A stretch of 56,551 nucleotides of DNA, filler included, from Stramenopiles sp. TOSAG23-3 (Eukaryota), in the NCBI GenBank assembly GCA_900128585.1. It is 4 parts of 4 records of this genome, joined end to end, with 100 filler letters (N's around TTAATTAATTAA, not from the genome) between each part and the next. Parts side by side here need not be neighbours in the genome. Positions count along the whole stretch, not along the records: positions 26,222 to 52,230 come from LT642279.1; positions 52,331 to 54,391 come from LT645117.1; positions 54,492 to 56,551 come from LT645118.1; 1 more part is not named here. One strand, 5' to 3'. Under the pieces are notes generated by a model, which ran no database searches, was not told the DNA's origin, and worked only from the letters and a program-made list of their open reading frames with translations. The position numbers and the translations under genes were made by a program. Positions 49,094-56,551 of this stretch are shown piece after piece (the stretch's first letter is position 1; every line of letters starts with the position of its first letter).

Positions 49094-50155
49094 CTACACT
49101 CGATTTCCATTCGAAGACGCTGGACGACTGCATCGCGACCAGTTCATAGCGATGGTCTGTTCAATCAACAGCTCGTTCTGCTCGCCAACAAAATCCATCA
49201 TCACAATAGCAGGGTCAAAGGGTGTGCCTATTTCTGTAAATTCTGTAAGCCACGACTTCCCCAGCCTTGTCAGGGGACGGTTGATTTGCTCAAGGTCTCT
49301 CGGGTAGGGAAGGCATGGGCAGCACGCCATGCCTGCCAAGGCCCCTTTTACAAAAAAAAAAGAGTCGCCCTCTGGAACGCTTCGAATAAATTCCAACACA
49401 CGATGGAGCTGCGGTTTTGAAGATTGGCGTGAGAATTCAGATTCTAATTTCTGTTTTAGATTCTCCAAGCCGAACTCGTTGGGCCAGACTCGGCATATGC
49501 TGTCGCGGCCGTAGCTGGCGTGGTAATTGGCCCCATTCCTCTCCAGCACAAGATAAACCCTTTGATCAAGCCCCAGCAGTTCTTCTATCGGCGTATCCCA
49601 CCGGCTCGGATTCACAATAAACTTTCCCAGGACAGACTCAATCTCTGCTTCGACGAGAACCATGTCCTCGGGCAGTTGGAGCCGCAGGGCGGAGCGAAGG
49701 CAATAAATGTCAAGGACAAGAAATTCTTTTTCGTTCGTCTCCAAAAACCTCAAAATCTGTTGAAGAACGTCTGAAAACCGCTCTTTCCCCAAAAGTCCGT
49801 GCGAAATAAAGGTTTGCCCCTCCGTGCTTTTACTATCCCTAACGACCACAGGTCTCAAGTCCAAGTAACGACTCCCGTAGCACAACTGGTCGAAAATGGA
49901 ATGCTTCTGCGTTCTCGCATATCTACGAACAACAGCCAGGATACTATTACGAACACAGCTAGGCAATCGAGAACGCAGTAGTCTGACAACAGCTTCAGGC
50001 ATATCCTCATCACGGTAAGAAAACGACAAATCATAGGTCCCAGCGTCGTGGCTTCCAGGCAGCCAGACGTCGCATATTTTTCTCTTCCCAAAGTCACCGA
50101 GGTGCCGAAAGCACTCGCCCATCCAACCAACTCGCTTGTCCCCCGAAGACGCCAT
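49094..50155 (-). CDS. PI-PLC X-domain containing protein (PLCXD-like)
   Basis: LPGSHDAGTY, ARTQ..SI.DQL..GSRYLDLR, FISHG, FL....E..VLD, IVMMDFV; probable ATG at 50155. Confidence 0.88.
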   Translation of the reverse strand: MASSGDKRVGWMGECFRHLGDFGKRKICDVWLPGSHDAGTYDLSFSYRDEDMPEAVVRLLRSRLPSCVRNSILAVVRRYARTQKHSIFDQLCYGSRYLDLRPVVVRDSKSTEGQTFISHGLLGKERFSDVLQQILRFLETNEKEFLVLDIYCLRSALRLQLPEDMVLVEAEIESVLGKFIVNPSRWDTPIEELLGLDQRVYLVLERNGANYHASYGRDSICRVWPNEFGLENLKQKLESEFSRQSSKPQLHRVLEFIRSVPEGDSFFFVKGALAGMACCPCLPYPRDLEQINRPLTRLGKSWLTEFTEIGTPFDPAIVMMDFVGEQNELLIEQTIAMNWSRCSRPASSNGNRV

Positions 50156-50765
50156 TATACGAAGTGTACTTATCCGAACATTTCCAGAATAAATCCAGTC
50201 CTGCAAGACTGTTCTATAGTCTTTCCTTTAAAGAATAACAATTCGAATTGTGGTATGAAGCTAACAATTTTTTAAAGACCAAGTCAATGTAGGCGATATA
50301 AACTGTTCTGTGAATTTATATTTAATGACATAGCGAAGAAGAAGAGAGTGGTGTGGTGTCTCGTTTTTTTTTGTTTTGTTCAGTCTAAAGCTATAAGGCA
50401 CACGTGCGAAAGTTTGTAAAAATCGAGCAAAAAACTATGATCCAAGAAAATAACAAACATACGCGTACATCATCACACAATATAGATACAGCATATACTA
50501 ACAGCAACACAACATCTACTTACAGGACCGAGTGGGAGAGTGGGAGGGGCTGACGTTGGTGGTACCAACACACACAGCCGATGTATTCAAAATAAGAGTA
50601 ATAGCTCTACCGTAGTACAAGTAGTATGTCACCAACAATAAAAAAACAATAATTTTGCGCTGCACCCATTTTTTGTACCTTCTTGTGTTCTGTGCCTCTA
50701 TACGAGACCATCTTTGAGTCTTTGAGACGGCTTTCCATCCCAGTGCAGAAATAGGCCGTTGAAAA

Positions 50766-51611
50766 CTACACGTTCACGTCGATTACCCGCATGTCTACCA
50801 TGCTCTGAGAAGAAAAGCGCACTTCCCCTTTTTGCAATTTGTCTTGCGATTTCTCTTCTATAGCGTACCGTGCTCTCTTTAATATTTCGTTTCGCACGGC
50901 CTTGATTTCCTGGGCAATTGCATCAGTGCAAGGCAAGCCTCCCTGGTCTTCCTTTGAATTGCTCAAATTTCTGCTGCTGCACCAAATTGCTGCGGCCTTC
51001 CTACCATCGTCCCCTTCAGCAACTTCCAACGCAACAACTTCTCCGTCTAATTTAACGCTGATCCTAACCTTAACCTTGGGCTCGACGTCGAGACTCGGGA
51101 AAATGTTAAACGCGATGGACACTCGCTCGGCCTCGCCCGTAAAACTTTTCAATACATCATGAATCAAATAAGAGGGAAACATTAAAAACAGGCCTTCCAA
51201 TGGCTGGATGTCCAACCGATCAGAAGCCAGGCGGTTTCCTTGTACTGGCACCCAATGTTGCATTTCTGGTTCGAGGTGACGAAGTTGGTTTGGAATTCGA
51301 TGAGGTGCAAAAAATCGTATTCTCCCGCTGCCCTTCGGTACGCGAGCGTAGAACACCCCTGAAATGTGACAGTTTGGGTGGTTGTGGGGGACATTGTACG
51401 ACCCGGACATGTTGTGAATGTTAGCCCAGGCCTGAATATGGACGCTTCTATTTGGGTTGGTCCACCCCAAGTCTACTAATGTTTTGTGGTACAACGATTT
51501 CACGCTATTTTCAAATGAATGGAAAGCTGAAGAAGACAGGTTCAATTCTTTTCGCCACCCACCTCGCATCGATTTTTGCTGCGCGTCCCCGTCATAGTCA
51601 TCGTCACGCAT
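50766..51611 (-). CDS. TIGR02466-type 2OG-Fe(II) oxygenase, possibly 5'-truncated
   Basis: KS.RGGW, AWANI, PHNHPNCHISGVFY.RVP, P.EG.F.MFPSYLIHDV, RVSIAFN. Confidence 0.82.
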   Translation of the reverse strand: MRDDDYDGDAQQKSMRGGWRKELNLSSSAFHSFENSVKSLYHKTLVDLGWTNPNRSVHIQAWANIHNMSGSYNVPHNHPNCHISGVFYARVPKGSGRIRFFAPHRIPNQLRHLEPEMQHWVPVQGNRLASDRLDIQPLEGLFLMFPSYLIHDVLKSFTGEAERVSIAFNIFPSLDVEPKVKVRISVKLDGEVVALEVAEGDDGRKAAAIWCSSRNLSNSKEDQGGLPCTDAIAQEIKAVRNEILKRARYAIEEKSQDKLQKGEVRFSSQSMVDMRVIDVNV

Positions 51612-52230
51612 TCCCCGCGCCCCTCAACCCCACCCCCTCGAGGCCACGAACGGGCGCGGGCCATTAGAGAACGACAACCAAAGAATGCAAAGCGGGGCAT
51701 CTTGACCAAGACGATAAAAAAAAAGTGGAGTGCGGCAAAAAATGTCATCAATGAAGGCCGGTCTATCGTTTCTGCAGGTCGTAAGGAGGTGCGAAACAAC
51801 GGTTACAAGGGCTTGGTGAATAGTGCCAAACCGTTCTTGAAGGGGGCAGGAGAGGGAATCAAAGAAGCTGAGCATAAAAATATCCTGAAGCAGGCGGGAA
51901 AGGCGGGACTTAAAGGAGCCGCAAAAGGTGCTGTGAAGGGCGCTATTGTTGGGTCAGTTTTAGGACCGAAAGGTGCCGTAATTAACGGTGCCAGAACGGG
52001 GCTTAAATCTGGGGCAAAGAAAGCAGGATTGTCTTTATTACTTTCCTATGGCAAAGAGGCGTACAATGGTGGGAAAGACGCTTACCGTGAGCACCGGAGT
52101 GCCAATCAGGGCTACGAAATGGACACATTCATGGATATGTCTGAGGATAACCTTGAGTATGTAGGCTCAAGGGTACCAACGAAGGTAGTCTGGAAAGACG
52201 GTCGGTTCCAACGGGTAAACGATTGGGGCA
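51576..52230 (+). CDS. Partial Gly/Ala/Lys-rich cationic protein with acidic tail; no 5' ATG, 3' end in gap
   Basis: Open frame with KAGLKGAAKGAVKGAIVGSVLGPKGAV (glycine-zipper-like); start not identifiable. Confidence 0.5.
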
Positions 52231-52330
52231 NNNNNNNNNNNNNNNNNNNNNNNNNNNNNNNNNNNNNNNNNNNNTTAATTAATTAANNNNNNNNNNNNNN
52301 NNNNNNNNNNNNNNNNNNNNNNNNNNNNNN
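52231..52330. other. Artificial scaffold linker
   Basis: 44 N + TTAATTAATTAA + 44 N. Confidence 0.95.
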
Positions 52331-52738
52331 CTCTCCCACCTTGTATTGTTAGACTTGAGTAGAAATGCCTTAAATGGTGCTCTTCCTGTCCAAAGTTTGG
52401 AGAACATACACGGTCTTAAAGTTCTTAATCTTGCCCACAATTCGGGTCTTTCGGGCACCCTGAGTATCAATATTTTGGACAAACTGGAATACCTTGATCT
52501 TCATGGCACCAATATAATAATAGATCCAGCATTTAAGCCAAGCTCAACCATGGAGTACCTGCGTGCTGGTTCGTTGCAAAGCAATTATTCATTAAGTAAA
52601 AATTACTCTTGTGCGTGCACAGTCTCGGGCAACAAGAAGCTGCGCACTCTGTCGTCTTGGAAGAGGTCGTATGAAATTACCGGCTACCCAAAATACTCAG
52701 ATACTCAGTTTTCCAATTCTCCATTTTGTATTTGCTGA
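52331..52738 (+). CDS. Fragment of a plant-type LRR protein (5' end lost in gap; may be a pseudogene)
   Basis: LDLSRNALNGALP, LKVLNLAHNSGLSGTL and LEYLDLHGT fit LxxLxLxxNxLxGxLP. Confidence 0.65.
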   Translation, partial: LSHLVLLDLSRNALNGALPVQSLENIHGLKVLNLAHNSGLSGTLSINILDKLEYLDLHGTNIIIDPAFKPSSTMEYLRAGSLQSNYSLSKNYSCACTVSGNKKLRTLSSWKRSYEITGYPKYSDTQFSNSPFCIC

Positions 52739-53342
52739 AAACAGGTCATACAAAAAACAAAATAATAATTGGCTTTTTTATTTATATATACTTGATTAAA
52801 AAAAAATTAGTATGCTGCATATATGTAACAAATACAACTAACATTTAAATATATATAAATAATGCTCTGATTATGTAAATGAACGAAATACATTGAATAC
52901 TAAAGAGAGACTCACCACTTCGGCTAAACTCCCTTTTCTTTTGGAGGAAGGAGGAAGGAGGGAAGAGAACTTTAAAAAATCCTTTCAGCACATTTTTTAT
53001 TATTTTTGTTGAAGGAAAGAGAAGAAACATATAATACTATACAGTATAGTATTATACTACAGCACACACAAAAAAAAAGTTGAAGAATATTCTTAGAATA
53101 TGTGAAAAAAATAATACAGCAGCACACACCATTGTTGAAGAAGAAGATAGAAGAAGAAAATAGTCGTCTGCTCTGAAGAAGATCTTTGTGTCTGCAAATC
53201 TTCCCTGTTTTGTCTTGTTCTTACCGCTATGTGTCTCAACAATTCACAGGTAAGAAAAGGGAATGGTGTTTTCAGTGCAAATATATATTGAAATCTTACA
53301 ACTATTACAACAAAAAAGAACAGCAACCAAACAAAAGAAGCG

Positions 53343-53873
53343 ATGAAAACCTCTTTGATTCTCGTGGCACTAAGTGTTGCCGTTGGCCTGTCCCAAAATG
53401 GTGTCGACGCCTTTGGGAAAAAACCAGGTTACGTATCTAGACTTCAATGCTCCGGAATGCCTCGAATTTGCAGGACAATCTGGGTGCCCTATGAAAAACC
53501 AAAACCACGCAAATTTTGTTATACCGACGGTGGTCGTAATAATGGTGATTATAAACTTACCACGTGTGAAATTGCAACTAAAAATTGCAAAAGAACAAAC
53601 AGGAAGATGTATCACGAAAAGTATCACGGTAAGAGAGAAGACGATTCAGTTTATCTTTGCGAATACGTACCACCGCGAAGGCTCATACGCAGACGTCTGT
53701 GTTGCAGGGCAAGGACCCCTCGATGCCTGCACTCGATGCATGCATGCAAGGGTATGTCGTTTGACTATGACGAAGACTTTGACGATGCCGAGGAGGCAGT
53801 TGGGGAAGGTGCGTACGCTAAGGTCGACTTTAAAGTCAAATGGGACGAGATGGACGATGTTGAATATGCCTAA
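53343..53873 (+). CDS. Secreted Cys-rich cationic protein with acidic C-terminal tail
   Basis: Signal peptide MKTSLILVALSVAVGLSQNGVDA; Arg/Lys-rich mature region with 10 Cys; tail DYDEDFDDAEEAVG... Confidence 0.78.
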   Translation: MKTSLILVALSVAVGLSQNGVDAFGKKPGYVSRLQCSGMPRICRTIWVPYEKPKPRKFCYTDGGRNNGDYKLTTCEIATKNCKRTNRKMYHEKYHGKREDDSVYLCEYVPPRRLIRRRLCCRARTPRCLHSMHACKGMSFDYDEDFDDAEEAVGEGAYAKVDFKVKWDEMDDVEYA

Positions 53874-54309
53874 CCCTAACCCCGCCTTAACTGCCATGGA
53901 TGGCAATGTCGCCTCTGAAGAAATCGTCATGCATGAGCTTGAGCTCGCACTACGGTATGCCCTGATAAAAATTAGGAGTCGAGGCAAAAGAAGATCAGCC
54001 GTCAACACCAGACCGAGCGTTTTTAGGGGGCCCTTTACTCTTGATCCTTTGTTCTAGCGACTCACAACTGTGGTTCCTCCTCGCGTTAGTAAAACATGCA
54101 AAAGTATTTGGCGGCCTTTTCGATACAAGTTTTGCCGCTCTGATTCATTTCCACTACGCGGTAGCAAAACGTTTTAAAGATGTCATTTATAAAAAGGTAT
54201 AAAGTATAAATACTTTTATTAGCAATATAGTTTGTTTTTTTCTATATATATTTTTTTTTTTAGCAGAAAAAACAAAAAAATTAAAAAATCCATTTTAGGA
54301 TTAGGGTTG

Positions 54310-54330
54310 GCCAATTTTCTTGTTTTTAAA
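54310..54330 (-). repeat. Dispersed motif copy 7 (minus strand, partial), abutting telomere-like ttaggattagggtt
   Basis: gccaattttcttgtttttaaa is the reverse complement of tttaaaaacaagaaaattggc. Confidence 0.8.
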
Positions 54331-54391
54331 AATAAGTGTTGGAAATCGCTGACCGGCCTAGCCGTTTAGGATTCCCAGAAGGTACACTTAC

Positions 54392-54491
54392 NNNNNNNNN
54401 NNNNNNNNNNNNNNNNNNNNNNNNNNNNNNNNNNNTTAATTAATTAANNNNNNNNNNNNNNNNNNNNNNNNNNNNNNNNNNNNNNNNNNNN
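54392..54491. other. Artificial scaffold linker
   Basis: 44 N + TTAATTAATTAA + 44 N. Confidence 0.95.
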
Positions 54492-55879
54492 AAGCAGTTC
54501 TTGGGCTGGCGAAGGGTCATGCTGGACAAGGCCGCCAGGCCCTGGTTCTGCATGCCGACGTGGTCCGTGTGGGTCCCGAGGGCCATCAGGACAACCTTGA
54601 TCCCCCCGTTCGCGCTCAGGAGGGCCTTATTCGCGTCGTTGTTCGAGATCATTTTCAGGGCCACGCACGCGTGCTGGCACAGCCGGACGTGCTCGATGTG
54701 TTTCACCATGGCCGTCACCAAGAGCTCCGTGCCGCCCAACCGGCTAATGTCCATGCAAATACCGTCGTTCACGGCAAGGGACCGGATGGTCAGGCAGACT
54801 TCGGCGGCATGGTCGGCGTTGCCGTGGACGAGCCGAAAGACGTTCAGCACGTGCTCCAGCACGGCCCGGGCCCCCGGCCTCTTGCGTTCCCCCAAAATGC
54901 GGGCCCGCTGGAACGTGTACGGGTGAACCCCTTGCCGCCGGTCGTCGTCCGTGAGGAGGACTCGGACGAACGCGCAGACCTCCAGCAGGAACGGGGTATC
55001 CCCCGCCTCCAGCCCGGCGTTGAACCACTCCTTAATGTACGCGTCGAACCCGTTCGCCTGGAAAAAGTTTCCCTTCACGGACTCGTTCCGGGTCATCGTC
55101 ACCCTGGTGCAGCGAATGGCGGTGGACAGCAGGGTCAAATCGTTCGACAGGGCGGGCTTCTTCACGATGGATGCGATCAGCTGGGCCCCCACGGGGTACA
55201 GAATCGACGGCCCCGCCCGGCCCTTCCAAAAGCACGACATGAACGCCTTGAGGACGGCGATCATCAGCCGCTTGTTATCCTGAAATATCTCCTCCGCTGG
55301 GCGCTCGCTGAGCTCGACGTTCTCGTCCGGGACGTAAATCTTCTCGAGAACGTCGAACACGTACACCTCGTACGCGCTGCTGCAGGCGAGGAGCTTGTTC
55401 TCCTCCTCGGCCTTGCAGATCTCGTAGAACTTGTTCAGCGCCCCGCACACGTCGTCCATCGTCTCCGCCCGTTTGATCTCCGCCAACGTCGTCGGAACGG
55501 GGAGCTTGGCCCGGTCCTCCTTGGTTTTTTTCGTGATGTTGCCCAAGTTGACCCCCTGCGACTCGAACTGTTCTATGGCGTCCTTCAGCGCTTCCTCCGG
55601 GCTCATCTCAAAGTCGTCGACGTTCTCCTTGACCACTTCGTCAAACGTTTCCTGGGAAATCATCTTTATGCCCTTCGACTGGTTGTCCGTGTTCGAGTTG
55701 TTCTCGTCTGGCTTATAAATATCCGTCCCATGCTTCGCCGCAAGCTGCTCCAACCCGCGGTTGAATGCCGTCGCGGCGTCTTTCGTCGCGTCCCCCGTCG
55801 TCGCGTCCTTTTCCGGGTTGAAAATCGCGGAACCCTCCGTCGGGTTGAACCCTTCGTTTTCGTTTGCCATGGACGCCAT
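54492..55879 (-). CDS. ARMC6: Armadillo repeat-containing protein 6 homolog; 3' end truncated by gap
   Basis: ISQETFDEVVKENVDDFEMSPEEALKDAIEQFESQGVNL.NI, LLTDDD.R, LAVND..C..I...GG, NDANK, MTLRQPKN. Confidence 0.9.
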
Positions 55880-56491
55880 CGTGTCGAACGTACGTCGGAA
55901 TACAAACAAGCAAATGTAAAAATTGAACAAGAAAAGCAAGCACAGATAGTTTACAATGGGTCTCAAGCATACCCTAGAACACCGATTACACTCCGTTTTC
56001 TTCGACACTTCCTCCTTCCTTCCGTTTGACATCCTTTTCTGTTTACTTGAAACTTGAAAGAAGAAATTCAATTTTTCCAAAAAAAAATAATAAATTAATT
56101 GAAATTGAAAACAAACTAAACTACGTAATGAAACAACTGCTTAACAATCTGATAACATCAACTATTAAAAGGCTGTTTTAAAGGCTGTACAGAAGTTATG
56201 GTTTGAATACGATTTGAAAAGTAGTAGATGGACACAGTACACATTACAATATAATCCTATGCTGTGTATATATATATATAAGTACAATAAGTATCTAGTC
56301 TAAAGGTAATTGTAGATAGGCAATTGAAAGGTGTGCTGTGTCATGTCCTATCTGTTAAGTTGTGTATTAATATTCTATACTTGTAGTTTCAATTAGAATA
56401 CGTTATATTTGCTATTTGTTTATTTGTATTTTGTTTTTCTATTTTTCCGTTTCATTCATATTTCATATTTCATCGATCGATCGAACGTCAC

Positions 56492-56551
56492 TTCTTCTTC
56501 TTCTTTCTTCTTTCTTCTTTCTTCTTTCTTCTTTCTTCTTTCTTCTTTCTT
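56492..56551. repeat. (TTC/TTTC)n microsatellite
   Basis: Direct reading. Confidence 0.92.

Noticed and set aside
51624-51626. In-frame TGA upstream of the oxygenase as selenocysteine or readthrough
   Set aside because: The upstream in-frame peptide does not resemble the family N-terminus; no convincing SECIS; TGA, TAA and TAG all act as normal stops elsewhere, so there is no evidence of a variant code.
53031-53055. Hairpins ataatactata-cag-tatagtattat and tgatgattg-t-caatcatca (10202-10220)
   Set aside because: Short palindromes in low-complexity AT-rich DNA; no function can be supported.
53374-54057. 227-aa overlapping plus-strand ORF
   Set aside because: Alternative frame of the signal-peptide gene; non-ATG start and no recognisable motif.
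54560-56029. Long 489-aa plus-strand ORF and other long antisense ORFs (376-993, 39889-40776, 14001-14642)
   Set aside because: Shadow frames of GC3-rich genes whose opposite strand carries the recognisable family motifs.

Overview
Eukaryotic nuclear DNA from a gene-dense, apparently intronless flagellated protist. CCDC39, a CEP104-like protein, a CDPK-type kinase, HCCS, FEX and PEX3 suggest a heterotrophic stramenopile-like lineage; this is inference, not proof. About 28 single-exon CDSs, mostly GC-rich, alternate almost strictly in orientation. Convergent spacers are mostly short, and divergent spacers are long, very AT-rich and mostly carry (GAA/TTC)n tracts. Three 100-nt N-TTAATTAATTAA-N linkers are artificial joins, so adjacency across them is unproven. 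Most interesting: (1) an AT-rich F-box/LRR gene with eight near-identical 84-bp repeats that vary mainly at predicted ligand-facing codons, bracketed by a dispersed ~25-bp motif; (2) a second RNI-type LRR gene sitting between two ~130-bp direct repeats; together these suggest a mobile, diversifying LRR receptor repertoire; (3) unusual architectures: PX plus LAMTOR1-like, HCCS plus CX9C tail, a giant Ubl/SPRY BIRC6-type E2, CEP104-like plus PDZ, and a CaaX DUSP; (4) two cationic peptide-precursor-like ORFs sharing an acidic-VG-x5-KV-xx-K tail. No tRNA, rRNA, CRISPR array or transposase was recognised. All family calls come from motif recognition by eye; no database search was run.
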